64,000 nucleotides of DNA from Marsupella aquatica. Taxonomy: Eukaryota > Plantae > Marchantiophyta. The DNA lies in assembly GCA_973895155.1 (NCBI GenBank), contig OZ316894.1, positions 19,444,805 to 19,508,804 on the forward strand. The letters run 5' to 3'. A program made the translations under genes and the position numbers. Of this stretch, positions 37,072 to 49,847 are shown piece after piece (the first letter of the stretch is position 1; the number at the start of each line of letters is the position of its first letter). A model generated the notes under the pieces. It saw only the letters and a list, made by a program, of their open reading frames with translations, made no database searches and had not been told where the DNA came from.

Positions 37072-37125
37072 ATGGAGGAGCAGTTTATTTTGAGGGTGCC
37101 GCCTTCCGTGGCAGAGCACTTGAAT
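37072..37125 (+). pseudogene. TAF7: TAF7 5' fragment (second copy)
   Basis: MEEQFILRVPPSVAEHLN. The upstream region ~36890-37070 is homologous to ~18763-18920. Confidence 0.75.
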
Positions 37126-37126
37126 A

Positions 37127-37434
37127 AGCACCATGAAAAGATGCATTGTGTTTCTCGTGGTAGCCATTGATACCAGGAATCTGAAAACAGCACCATGAAA
37201 AGACGCATTGTGTTTCTCGTGGTAGCCATTGATACCAGGAATCTGAAAACAGCACCATGAAAAGACGCATTGTGTTTCTCGTGGTAGCCATTGATACCAG
37301 GAATCTGAAAACAGCACCATGAAAAGACGCATTGTGTTTCTCGTGGTAGCCATTGATACCAGGAATCTGAAAACAGCACCATGAAAAGACCCATTGTGTT
37401 TCTCGTGGTAGCCATTGATACCAGGAATCTGAAA
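37127..37434. repeat. 62-bp minisatellite x5
   Basis: Unit AGCACCATGAAAAGACGCATTGTGTTTCTCGTGGTAGCCATTGATACCAGGAATCTGAAAAC, near-identical copies. Confidence 0.95.
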
Positions 37435-38507
37435 TGACGCTTTGGTTCTTTTAGGGATTTGTTTTACTTCCGAGACTGTAGATCGAGAATTAATTGCAGC
37501 TACAGCAGTTCAAGTCACACTGACGAATAGGGACTGCCATAACATCGAATTCGATGCAATAACGAATCAACTGTCCTCTCCGTGTACTACTCCGTATCAA
37601 TGGTCATTTCTGTCGATGGACGGATTTCAAGCCATCCTGGTAGTCGACCACAGCTTGGGAGGCATGATCCTAACTTACTAGTAGAAGCATATATCTTCCG
37701 AAGAACATGTCTGTACACAAACAATACTCGACTGTTTCCAAGAGTGGAAACTACCGGAATGATCACTGGGAGAAAAATTTCATGGGATATCTTCCTCAGC
37801 TTCAATTGGGATCCCTAGTCACCTAAGGAAGTTATATGACTCAATTAACAAGCCGTGCTGGTAATGTCCAGCAAAGGCTTACAAACACGCACTTGCACCT
37901 GCTTTGCCATTTCACTTGAAGCATACGTGCCCTCGTTGTACTGTCCCAAAATTCTTGAAAGTTGTACCTTCCAGTTGATTGTTATATGAACTCCATGAAC
38001 ATCATACTTTTTCACTCTGAACGAACCTCAAGCGAGTTCTTTGACAATTCACCTGACAGTCGTCCTTTGATGCTGGCCCAATTCGCAAAGCAAACGAAGG
38101 CTTTGTCGAGGACAATCACCTTTCCTCACTAATCAGTGGGCACATGCAACCAACTGTTGCGATAAACATTGGCGTGGGTTTTCGTTTGTTGTAGCCCACA
38201 TCTCACCGTTTCCGCTCATCAATGGAATCGTGTCAATGAGTTGCGGGACTACCAAATGCTCCGGATCATTTGGTCCTTGGCTGAAGTCTTCACAACGGAA
38301 TAATTCATAATTAGTTGGGCTGTGTGAACAAATCGAATGGCCAGATCTGTCCTCAACCTTGTCCTACAATAGCTTTCAACCACGCCAGTCTTACTGAATT
38401 TGTTACCAATTAGCGGCCTCTATTTTCAACAGCTGTTCAGGACCTTCGCGAAATTCGACACTTCTCCGTCATTTCCTTTTCTCACTTCGTTTCACGGTTT
38501 CTTTTTG

Positions 38508-40252
38508 CTACCCACCTGAGACGTCCCTTTCCAATTCTTCACCTGTTCGTAAGTGCCCACACATATTGCACTCCATGGTCGCATTTTCAGCAGCTGCAAG
38601 GGGGGATGCAAGAGGAGCCATGGTTCCTCCGCAACCGTCGATCGGGCAGAGGTACTTCAAGAAAAATAAGGCGTGCTCTAATTCGTCGTCGCCAATATCT
38701 TCTGGAACTTCCGCTATTCCCTTTCCTTTCCGTTCTTCTCCTTTCCCCTTTTGCCCTTCTTCTTCTTCTTCTTCGTCGTCATCGTCATCATCTCCATTCC
38801 CAGATGTAGAGAAGCCATTTTCATGAATTTCTTCAGGCCCTGCGGTCTCTGAAGGAATCACGCCATACTCATCTTCGTCCTCACCTTCGCTCTCACTTTC
38901 GGTCCAACTTTCCTCCAACAGACATCTTTTACATCCACAAGCGAATCCGTACTCTTCGGATAATCTTTCCACCCTATCTTTGAGCGACCAGTTGATAGGA
39001 AAGTAGCTTATTGTCACCTCAGTATTCTCGGGAATGGAATGCAGTGCCCTTATATAAATATCCGTATTGAAATTACTAGGCCCATCTAAAAAATCGAATC
39101 TGCAACCAACAAAGAGGCAGACTTAAGATTCATAAAAAGCATAGCATCAGAAACCAGTATGGGAATGTACACGGTGATGAATCTTGATTCTCCAGACTCT
39201 TAAAAGCCGATCAACATGTGACATAATAGGCGTTGAGCTGTGACTCTCTCCAATGTATATCGATCACTAACCAATGAGAAAGCTCCAAGTGGGGGCTGAA
39301 GCTGAAGAGGTAAAGAGACTATTACTTTACCGGAATTATTAAATCTACTCTCTCTATCTTCCTCTAAACCCTAAACCCTGTCCCTACATTTGGGAACCAG
39401 CAGCCTTTATAGGTCCTTCCATTCATTCTTCTCTGATTCTTAATTCTGTCCAAGCCAGAACTTGGTCAGCGAAAGCCACAGATCAATCTGTTACAATTTC
39501 CAGTTTATTAGATGTGAGCGGAGAGGAACTCGAGTTTAGGGTTCAGAGCAGAAGACCAATAAGTAAACCATTTACCTGCACGAATTGGGAAGGCAGTCAT
39601 GGTTGATGAACGAAGCAGTCTGATAAACTCCAAATCCTCGAACAGAGCGTTCCCCATCGACCTGAAAAGGAGCCATGTATCCAAAAGTATTGCGCGCATC
39701 TTTGGCCAGCAGGTCAGCCGTCACTCCCACACACACAACCTGCTTCTCCCCCTCGTCTAAGCTGCTCCAGGGCCAACCACGAACGGCGTCCTCCACAAAA
39801 GCGTGCAATTCACTCACACCACCATCCACAACTCCAACGCCTTCGAGCAGCATCAGGCGCTCGAACTCCGACCGTGAGCCGAGGGCCAAAAGGTACGCAG
39901 CGAGGAGAAACCTCGCCTGATCAGCCCGATCGCCATCAACAAATCCTGCTTTCTTGAATTTAGCCAGAGCAGAGCACAGGTGAGGAGAATGGCATTGGCT
40001 GCAGACCGAGGAACAGAAGGTGACGGCTCCGCAGCCAGTACACGGATTGGCATCAGGAGGACACCTTCGGAGACAATTGCCGCAGTAGGTGAGGGCACTG
40101 GAGTCACTGACGTAGAGAAGTGCTGGAGACTCTCGGAGCAAAACTTCTCCACCATAGATCGCTCTCGTGGTCACGAGTCCACGCCCTCGTCCTGGAAGCT
40201 CCACGCACTTGATGAGTAGCTCCTCTTCGCTCTTCGTCATCTCCATCGCCAT
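38508..40252 (-). CDS. ASHR2: SET/MYND-type (SMYD) lysine methyltransferase, ASHR2/SDG39-like
   Basis: GRGRGLV, MYND-like CGNC..CTGC..FCSSVC, FINHDCLPNSCR|FD, ISYF, post-SET FACGCKRC and C-terminal CPIDGCGGTM..MECNMCG. Exons 40252-39576 and 39099-38508 with one GT-AG intron. Confidence 0.9.
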
Positions 40253-40386
40253 CTCCACGGGACTGCAATTCTCCGCTCTCACTCCGGAGAGGAGAGGAGA
40301 GGAGAGGAGAGAGATTTCTGCTCTAGCAGAACGAAGCGCTTACGAAACATGTACATTAGTCACTCCAGTCACTAATCAATAATTTG

Positions 40387-40406
40387 CCCTAAACCCTAAA
40401 CCCTAA
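40387..40406. promoter_or_regulatory. Telo-box / short plant telomere-type repeat (CCCTAAA)x~3 upstream of the ASHR2-like gene
   Basis: CCCTAAACCCTAAACCCTAA, ~135 bp upstream of the ATG. Confidence 0.45.
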
Positions 40407-40414
40407 GACAGTAG

Positions 40415-40850
40415 TCTCGCTCTAAGTGCACACTCCTGCGAAGAAGAAAGATCCTGTGTGCACTAAACGGGGGTCCCTAAGCAATAATTTAATGTCTTGA
40501 ACTAATACAGTCATCTGTCTCTAAGTGGACACTCCTTCAAAGAAGCATCCTATGTGCACTAACCGGGGGTCACTACTCAAGAAGTTAGTGTCTTGAGCCC
40601 ATATGATCGTGTCTCTAAGTGCACACTCCAGAAGAGAAGCATCCTCTGTGCACTAAATGGGGGTCACCAATCAATAATTTACTGTATAACTACTACGAAC
40701 GTCTCTATCTAAGTACACACTCCTGCAAAGAAGCATGCTGTGTGCACTAAAGGGGGCCACTAATCAATAATTTAGTATCTCTAACTCATACAATCGTGTC
40801 TGTAAGTGCACACTCTTGGGAAGAAGCATCCTGTTTGCATTAAACAGGGG
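40415..40850. repeat. ~95-bp diverged tandem repeat x5, each unit with an internal inverted GTGCAC pair
   Basis: Unit TCTAAGTGCACACTCC...GAAGCATCCTGTGTGCACTAAACGGGGGTC. Confidence 0.85.
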
Positions 40851-41804
40851 TTTGAATTTATGTGATAAGAGTTGTGTACTCATCAATAAGTGCCAATGAT
40901 TTACATCTCTTTGTTCACTATGTAATTATCTCCGGTAGTGAACAGTGTAGTGACTTCCACCCTAAATTGTACCCCTACCCCTTAAGTGCAATTTTACTTC
41001 ACTAAAAGATTTACTGTACTTGTCAGTAATTTGATTGGATTGTGCATCATACCACAAGTGTTCATGTACCTTATCAAGGGTTTGCACTTATAAAGTTGTT
41101 TGTCCAGTGACAAACGTTCAAAGCCTATTTGCACTCACAGAAGGTACACAAAAAGTGTAAACTACATGTAAATAAAAGGGAAGAATGGGATGCCTTGCAA
41201 TTAGCTAGTTTTTGCACTTATGGAGTGTGCACTAGGGAGAAGACCATAAAAGGACCAATTTACTTTGTCTGGTATTTTTTAGTAAACTAGCCCAAATAGC
41301 TGTGAGTTGCACTAAGCTAGGTTTAACTAAAGTGTTGTCTAACATAAATGAGATGGCCAGGAAAATTAAACATTGGAGACTTAGTCAGCCACTGGAGTTC
41401 AAGGAATGTGCAAACTATGGATAGAGTGATGTGTTAGGCACAGAGAAGGTCCACAGTGGCACCTTAGAGGCCTATCTGATGGTCAATATGCACAATCTAA
41501 TAGCTAGGGAGGCTTCCAACCACAATGACATTTGGTAAACAAACCATGAAAATGAAAAAAAGAAAAGAGCAAGAAAGAACGTAAAAAGGATGTGTTTCCG
41601 ACCTGTGAATAAAGATGTGGGTCACCACGTCGGGTTGTAATACTATGTTCGAGTAGTGCATATTATAGATGTTAGCCGGTGGTCACAGGTCATTTGGTAA
41701 ACACCCATGAAAAAGAAAGAGCAAGATGTATATCACACTGCACAATGGCAGAAAAAGCAGGCAGAAAAAGCTTAACATGCTCCGAAAGGCAAAGCAACCT
41801 AATA

Positions 41805-41985
41805 AAAGGGAGGAAAAGAGGGTGGAGAGATGATCCCAAAGGCATAGCAACCAAATGAAGGGGAGGAAAAGAGGGTGGAGACATGATCCCAAAGGCATAG
41901 CAACCCAATGAAGGGGAGGAAAAGAGGGTGGAAACATGATCCCAAAGGCATAGGAGCCCAATGAAGGGGAGGAAAAGAGGGGAAA
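41805..41985. repeat. ~61-bp tandem repeat x3
   Basis: Unit GGGGAGGAAAAGAGGGTGGAGACATGATCCCAAAGGCATAGCAACCCAATGAA. Confidence 0.85.
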
Positions 41986-44607
41986 GGGCCCCAAGCAAGA
42001 AGGAATAGGATTACATATTATAGATGTTAGCAGGTCAGGTTTCTTCACATTCTGGTGGTCACAGGTGGTCACAGGCTAGTAACCCTAGACCAGACCTGCA
42101 CTATCCCAGACCTCCATATTTCCCATACCTCCATATTCGTTGCCGGATACCTTGCATGGCTAACTGGTGCGAATACTCTAAGCCATAGGAGTAATCGGTG
42201 CCCAGAGAGTTTCCCAACGTTGAGAGGTTCCTCAAAGGGCCACATGCGAAATTAGAATTCGGAGATTTCGACGGCATAGGTGCTGCAAGATCCTATTCTG
42301 AACATTTCTTGGGAAATCTAAATTACTGGGTACAGTGCCATCGCCACACCAGACGGGAGAGGCCATGGACCACTTGTGAGATCCAGAGAAAAGGTTGTGT
42401 TTTCGATGTTGCATTAGACTAATGGCGCAAGGAGCAGGATAAGATAACCCTTTCGAGGCTTCAACTGGGACAATGAATGTCAGTTGCTCCTGAAATTGCA
42501 GCTACTGTGACTACAATTCCCAATGGCCAACATGATAACAAAAGGCAAAGATAGCTTACAATGCAGTATAAGTACAGTAGTCTTCATTGATTTGAACTTG
42601 TGAAATTCTCTTTTACCGATGTGGACGAGAGGGGTATAGTATGACGTTGTGGGAGGTATTGTCCTTTCACGGGGAATCCTGTCAGTGTTGGAACAGACTA
42701 CCAAGATATTCTCCATGATATTGCACGGGGCTCTAGGGCGAGTTCCTGACGAGTCGTAGAACACTTGGTCAGGTGGGCAGTTGATTGTAGCACACCAGTT
42801 CACTGAACGTTCCTGCCCTAAACCCCAAAACTCAACGGTTTGGCAGACCTCTAGTGTCTAGACTTTTCTTGCTTTGTTGTCATGAGAGACTCCAAGAGTT
42901 CAATTTTCACATCGATCCCCTTCAAGTCCACAGCGCAAGGATCTCTTCGATGACGAAGTCAGCAGGATTCTTCTAAGCTGCAGTTTTGTAGATTACTCAA
43001 GAGTTCTGAAAAGCTTGGATCCAGATTATTGTGCAACAGCTGAGCTTTTGGTCTCCCCAGTTCTCATCTGCTATTTTGAGCGGATTAAAATAACATTGAG
43101 CAGATTATAATGAGTCCGGTTAGAATTTTGTGCAGCACTCAGGAATTGTCATATGGATACAGCAGACATGAAAGAAACTGTCTCAGTGGATTATAGGTGT
43201 TGGATAGGGAGGGGCGAGGAAGAAATCCATTGTCTTACTCTTCCAGAGCTTGCTTTGACCCAATGCCAATGTATTGCACATACAGTTGCATAATCTTTTG
43301 CTTGCATGAGCTTGCATTTTTTTGTTAGATTTTATCTACGCAGTACCTTCAACGTGCAGTGCCTGACAGATTTCGGTCAGTCAATTTTAGATCTGTCTTG
43401 ATTTGTCTTGTGAATTTAGTCGTGGGGAAGTGCAATATTGTCGCTCAAAGTTAGTAAATCTGCTTTAGTGCACTGACGGTGACCATCACTATAAGGCGAA
43501 ACCAGAAGAGATGAGTTGGCAAAAAATGAGCCAATAACTTTGTGATTCATTCGAGATGGCAATTGCACAACCTGTTCAGAGTCGAGCTACATTATGCTCA
43601 GGTCTTGGAGCACGTGTCCACAGCACAAACATGTAGATTTGTCACCAGCCTGACGAGTTTGCATCAAGACAGGTTTCTTCCACAAGCTGCCAGATGAAAA
43701 CAGAAGCATACACCCACACAGATCAATCGACGAAGTTCGTTACAAGCACATTGGGTGCACACAGTAATAAACAAAGCAGTTGCATTTCTTGGGCAATAGG
43801 TGCCCCTGAACAGTCCCTTTACTAACCTCATGGACTCTCCCGAGCCAGTAACTGGCGGAAGGGACAACAATGTGAGCCCAGCTGAGAGAATTCCAAGACT
43901 CCCGTGGGAAAAATGCGAAACACAGGTCAAGTGTTTCCAAATAATTGCGTGCCGCCAAAATTTCTTCTGGATTCGATCTTGTGCAGGGCAAGACTCACTA
44001 ATTTGAAGGTCAGAAATATTTTGCACATCCGAAGCAATCCGTTATGCCCTAATTTTATAGTTGAAACTCCGGGAGTAAAACGTGCATTGCATGCATCACT
44101 TTCCCCTCAAGGGGTCTATACAATCTTCTTCAGCCGAGGGATCTTCTGTGCGAACTTACATGGCATGCTATTGTACAATCCGAGGCCGACTGATCGGCTT
44201 CAATCGGTCACTTTCTGTGGCAAAATGCAAAACAAGCAAATGTCTCAAGTCCATTTGTAGACTGCAACAACTTCCGAAATTCTCCCAGCCCAGAACTTGA
44301 TTCAACATCCGGCATTCATTCTCCACTGCAAGGGACTTCCACCTTGCAAGAACTCCCTTCACAATTTCAATTTTCGAGAGGCCTAACACCTCCAACTAGT
44401 TTGAGTGGGGTATAGTCTCAAATCTGTTTTTCTTGAATACTCCCTTTGCCCTCCTTTCTTCTCTCCCTGTAAGCCACCTCAAACTGGCCGATGTCAGATT
44501 TCTCGATAAATTCCTTAGCAGCAGAAGATCTCTTGCGGAGTCTTGTGCTTGCTATGCCGTGGATCACAAAAGTTTGTAAACGTTCAATAAAATGTGGGCA
44601 TAGTCTC

Positions 44608-46212
44608 TCAAAACTCCTTCATTCTGTTACCAGTGCGTCTGGTCAACAGATATATCACCGTTACCAACAACGTGAAAATTATAAATACCCACAAGATAGT
44701 GAGCCCCCAGATGGCTTGTAATGATTCCCAGTTGTAAGTAAACCTATAACTGTCTCGCAAACCCTCCCTTGAGAAATCGACATCCCCTCGAGATATCTGG
44801 ACTTGTTTCAAGAAATGGAAATTTCCATCTTGAAGGAATTTCTGCTGCTGTCGAAAGAGAGCTTCAGCATAGGCGTAAAGCTCGGCATCGAGCAAATTGA
44901 AACCTGCAGCCTTGTCCAAGACATAATCAGGGATAAGTTTTCTCATTTCCCGAGAGAATTTGATAGGTTTCACCATCTGCAGCGAAAGTGACCTCCTCTG
45001 CACCTGAGTCCTTCTGAGATCCTTCACACAGAGCTTGTAAGACGCCAACATTTCCTCGATCACCTCCTCTTCCGTAAACTCATCTAGGCTCGTGAAATTC
45101 GCCTGCAATCTCGGTTTGGTCCCGCTCGGCACCCCCGTCTCTAATCTCTTCCTATCTCTTTGACTAGACAATATACTGTGCATCAAATGCTCAATCGAAA
45201 CCTGTTCCCCGAGAGCCTTAGCAAAAAACACCACTGAATCATTCTGCCGCTCCGTTAAACCCACGTACACCATCATGTCCAACCTCTTCTTAGCTACTTT
45301 TAGCACGAGCTCCCCCAGGCGCGGAAATCTAATCACACATTGGCGAATCGCCCCTGCGTCGGCTGAGTAGGAAGTGTTCGTCAGCCCGGCCACCTGAAAA
45401 GTTGCCCCGTTGTGCACAAGCTCATGCGCAGCCGGATGATCGATGAATTCCTCAAAAGGCATCGCAATTGGAGCTGCGTCATATGAATCGTCCGCCGAAA
45501 GGCTGGTCACATTCATTTCCATAGCCTCCCGCGTCTCTCGACGTGCGAACAAGTCCGTTTCCATCGTCGGAACGAGGTATTTCCACGGCCAAATGTCGAG
45601 CGTGTTCATGAAATGGCCTCCTTTCGCGGGACCCGGCTTGGATCTATTCGAGGCCAGTGGGATTCCCCTCCCCAGCCTTTTGAGCGATCTCGCGGCGACC
45701 TCGATGGAAAATTCATACGCACTGAGAACTCTGTCGACAGGTTCGCGGAGGGTTGTCACAACGGAGGTCATTTCGAGGGGGAGGTTCTCCAGAAGGCTGT
45801 AGTCGTCGTGTGTGGAGATGAGACGGCATCCGGGTTGAGAGCGGTCAATTCTGAGCCTGTCGTAGCTCCGAGGGCATCGTTGATCGGATGGTAAGAGGTG
45901 CTTGAGGAAGCACTGGTGGAAAGTACGGCCTCCCGTTCGAGGAATGTGGAGGAAGAACAGCAAATCCCGCAGCTTGACGCGGTCTAGAGCCGACTCCGGC
46001 GGCAGGGATGACAATTGGTGGAGTTGCTCGTCCGACCACGAGCTCACCGTCTCAAAACAACTATGTTTGTCTGCCTCAAGAGCCCTATTGAACAATTCCC
46101 CTCTCACCACCGGCAATCCGGCATTTACAACAAGGAGAAGAACAACCAGGAACATCTCTATGGATGATGATTGACGCCGCCCTAACAGACGGGGTGGGGC
46201 GCCTCCTGCCAT
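44608..46212 (-). CDS. TPST: Plant tyrosylprotein sulfotransferase, single exon
   Basis: N-terminal hydrophobic segment, LLFFLHIPRTGGRT (PAPS-binding), CPRSYD, THDDYS, LREPVDRVLSAYEFSIEVAAR, TLDIWPWKYLVP, HNGATFQVAGLTN, YVGLTE, and a C-terminal TM (type I topology as in plant TPST). Confidence 0.92.
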   Translation of the reverse strand: MAGGAPPRLLGRRQSSSIEMFLVVLLLVVNAGLPVVRGELFNRALEADKHSCFETVSSWSDEQLHQLSSLPPESALDRVKLRDLLFFLHIPRTGGRTFHQCFLKHLLPSDQRCPRSYDRLRIDRSQPGCRLISTHDDYSLLENLPLEMTSVVTTLREPVDRVLSAYEFSIEVAARSLKRLGRGIPLASNRSKPGPAKGGHFMNTLDIWPWKYLVPTMETDLFARRETREAMEMNVTSLSADDSYDAAPIAMPFEEFIDHPAAHELVHNGATFQVAGLTNTSYSADAGAIRQCVIRFPRLGELVLKVAKKRLDMMVYVGLTERQNDSVVFFAKALGEQVSIEHLMHSILSSQRDRKRLETGVPSGTKPRLQANFTSLDEFTEEEVIEEMLASYKLCVKDLRRTQVQRRSLSLQMVKPIKFSREMRKLIPDYVLDKAAGFNLLDAELYAYAEALFRQQQKFLQDGNFHFLKQVQISRGDVDFSREGLRDSYRFTYNWESLQAIWGLTILWVFIIFTLLVTVIYLLTRRTGNRMKEF

Positions 46213-46899
46213 GACCGTGATGATCAATTCGCCAGTAAAAGAGGTTGAACGAAGCCACCCTCCTTCAGGAAACCGATAGATGGTCTCAACACATGAAAAG
46301 ATTCAATTCACGAATTATGCACACTAGCGGCTAGCTTGATTTCTCCAATGTCTATCTCTCAGCATGATTTCCCGGCCGCTAGGATTGCTCCACTAGAACC
46401 TCTGTACCAGCCACTGCTCATGGTCACCGATTCAATAGTGAGTAAAACGGTCGACAGGAGCACCTCCTCATCCTAAAATGTCCTCTTTCCCGATCCAATA
46501 GTGGCGATACAATCTACTCAAAATGACGACGAGAACAAACCAGAGCAAAGCACAGACAATCAAAGAGTGTAATTGACAGAAAGGATGGGAGCGTTGAGAA
46601 CGGACTGAGAGAAAGGAACAGATTTTTCCCAATGCAAGAGAACGCCTTCACGTTTAAAGTTCAGTATAATCTTCCGCTTCTGAAAGACCAACGGGATGAA
46701 GAGGATTGTGGCACGGATGCGTCAGCTGGCTTAAAGGGATGTCTCGTCTGTATCCTTCTCCGGCTGCCTGCTGCTGCCACAAGAAGGGCGCATGCGCACC
46801 ACCAGCATCGGCAGCATACGGAGCGGCCAGTACCCGAGGGGGGATTAGAGGAAGGTGCTATTCATGAACGAAAATGATGCATGAATGGGACGCGCACTT

Positions 46900-48130
46900 G
46901 CACAGGCCGGGACCGGAAAGGAAGGAAGGAACCCATGTCTAGACAGGGAAAGACGGCTGAAGGAATGCATTCACATGGTGGGGCCTACTGGAGGAAAGCA
47001 AGGAAGGAAGTCAAGCAACGAACTCAAAACCGGAAGTAGAAATAAACTCAAGGCGGAAGGAAACGAACAAATTGATGAGGGAAATTGCGCGATGTTGAAA
47101 AGGAAGGAACAAATAACTACTGTACTTCAAAGGGATTGCGCAAGACGGAAAGAAAGGGATTTCATTCACGAGGCGGAAACACCGGAAGGACTTACCAGGG
47201 GGAGGTTCACAGGAGTGAAAGGACGGGACGGCTGAAGGAATTCCTTCACATGGGGCCTGCAAGGGGGGTGGAGGAAGGAAGCAAGGAAAGCAACGAACTC
47301 GATAGCGGAAGAACCAATCTTCACCAGGCGGAAAGAAACAAATGACTTGATGAGCGCAACGCAGAAAAGAAGGCAACAACTACTGTACTGGAAATGGACA
47401 AGATTGCTCAAGGTGGACAGTAACGAACGACTCGAGAGGGAGGTTGAGAAAAGGAAGGAACAACTACTGTACTTAACAAGGACAGGATTACGCAGGGCGG
47501 AAAGCAAGGGACGACTGATGGTGGGGTTCGATTGCACAGTGTGGAAAGAAACGAACCACTTCACGAGAGAAATTGCGAGACGCAGAAAAGCAATGAAGGC
47601 CCACTGTACTGCAAAAGGAAAAGACTTTGGAAAGAAGGAGACGGCTGATGATGGGATTTGACCAAAAAGGTGGAAAGAAACAAAAACGACTTGAGAGGGG
47701 GAAACTGCGAAACGCAGAAAAGGAAGGAACAACTACTGTACTTCAAGAGGACAGATTTCGGAAAGAAAAAGACAACTGATGATAGGATTTGTTTCACAGA
47801 GTAGAAATTTCTCTCCGCGCACAGGAATAAACGACGACTTGCCGGAGGAAGATTCGCGAGGCAGAAAGGAAGGAACAACGACTCTGAAAGCGGAAGATTC
47901 GCAGAGGGAAAAAGGGAGAGCGACTCATGGGAATAATATTTTATTCGACAAGGATGAAAGGAAAGTGAAGCGAACGGACAACTGATGGGATTGATTATTC
48001 CACAAGGAGGAAAGGAAACGAAAGGAAACGAAAGGAAAGGACGAAAGGAACGGACGACTGATGGGATTCAGACGAAGGACACGAAGCTCGAAGCTCGAAG
48101 ACCGAAGACGATGAGCGAAGGGAGAGCGCA
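46900..48130. repeat. Purine-rich degenerate repeat region with a recurring CAACTACTGTACT motif
   Basis: Motif at ~47113, 47377, 47461, 47601 and 47731 within GA-rich related blocks. Probably a TE remnant. Confidence 0.55.
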
Positions 48131-49607
48131 CTGACGATTTCATGAGTATGAAGGAAACAAATGGCTCGTTTTATACTCTTCACAGAAACCGTCACGATTC
48201 CCAAGGGGACGTTTTCTAGTTATATCAATGGTGGAAATAAATGGCAAATTGAAATGGAAACCCAACACTCCTTGGAAATGATATATGGAGGAGTATGAGC
48301 AAATTTAAAAGTGAGCGGATGAGGGAGACTAGGTTGTTGATAGATGTCAAGATTTGCAAGGGAACGTTTTCTAGTCATATGAATGGTGGAAGTAAATAGC
48401 AAATCAAATGGAAACCCTACACTCCTTCAGTTGGAAATTATATTACACGAGTATTAAAGGAGTATGGGCAAATTTAATGGTGATTGGTTGATGGAACACA
48501 AAATAGAACATCAAGTAAGCACAAGTTTGATATTATGAACTAGCTCATAATCTGTGACCTACCTCATGGGGTTATGATTTCACATGTGCCTTACATGGAT
48601 TAGCTGCTAAAATCAACCAAGCATAGGTTCTTGGCTATTAGCCTCAGCAAGGGGGGGAATAACCAGGCACAAATCAGATGTGAACATTACTCAAGCATGG
48701 GACGGATGCAAAAACTATACGAGTATGGACCCACTACCAAAATTACTTCAGCATGGGTCCTCTTATAAATTAGCTAGTGTACTGTACTGACCGGCTAATA
48801 AAAGAGCTGAGCAAAGGTTAGCATGCTAACATAGACCGAGCAAGGGTTTGTTTCTTAGATGAGTTGCTCCCTAAAATTAGCTGAGCAAAGGTCACCATGC
48901 TACTGGAGTTACATCAACCGAGCATATGTTTGTTTCTAAAATGAGTTGCTCAATAGTAGCTATCATTTTGGATCACAATTTATCATTGTTATACAGCTTT
49001 ATTACATTCTAGGCCCCTTGGCCATACAAGATCTGTTTGGGATATGGTGTGCAACCTAATTAACCTAACCTAGTTTGCGACTGAGGTCAGCCCTAACTAT
49101 GGTTACAATTGTAATCCTAGTCCTAAGAGTAAATGCCTAACAGTAGCATTCTTGTCACTTGACATGATGCCTAACATCTCATGACGCACAAATGATGGCC
49201 CAAAGGTGGCATGGGAAGGGCTACTTCTATAGAGACTCCCATGCCCGTCTTCCCTGATCACAAGCATAAACTAAGTATCAAAATTGCCCAATGCAGTGCA
49301 TTGCAATGTTGATAGGAGTTGATCTTGAGTGGAAGTGTTGTCGAGCATAAATGAAATAATCAGGCAATTTGACGTTATGGGGAATTGGATTTGGAGGAGT
49401 GTGAATTGTGGTGAGAGTGACGGGTTGGCCATGCCACCTTGAGGTCCATCTCATGGTTAGTGAAAATTCTTGCCTTAATCAAATGGTCAAGGAGGTTTCC
49501 TGCCAAAATGTGAACCATGAGAAAGGTGAGTGAGATTATATATTACTAGCCCAACTACTACTAGCCCAACTACCTGTTGTTTGAACTTGGAATAAAGGTG
49601 ATGGTGA

Positions 49608-49847
49608 AAAAGTGTCAACCCTTGATGATAGCAACTGACCAAAGCTTTTTTCGAGCAATTGAAAGAGAGCTGGCCATTCCACCATAGCCCTTGACAGTCA
49701 ATGACAGCAGCTGACCTCCTCACAGGCAAAGTGTCAACCTTTGATAGCAGTTGACCAAAGCTTTTTCAAGCAATTGAAGAAGAGCTGGCCATTTCACCAT
49801 AGCCCTTGACCATCAATGACAGCAAATGACCTCTTCTTCACAGGCAG
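49608..49847. repeat. ~120-bp tandem duplication
   Basis: AAAGTGTCAACC...GACCAAAGCTTTTT...CACCATAGCCCTTGAC...TCACAGGC occurs twice. Confidence 0.85.

Noticed and set aside
36952-37415. Repetitive ORFs (MATTRNTMRLF...)
   Set aside because: Artefacts of the 62-bp minisatellite.
42140-42815. Exon-like segments on the minus strand
   Set aside because: Plausible splice sites but no recognisable protein, and stops in the downstream segment.
43664-44395. Possible F-box-like pseudogene on the minus strand
   Set aside because: Only a vague resemblance (VLARWKSL), with many stops. Not supportable without a search.
46885-48204. Cluster of 70-190-aa ORFs
   Set aside because: Low-complexity purine-rich repeats with no domain motifs.
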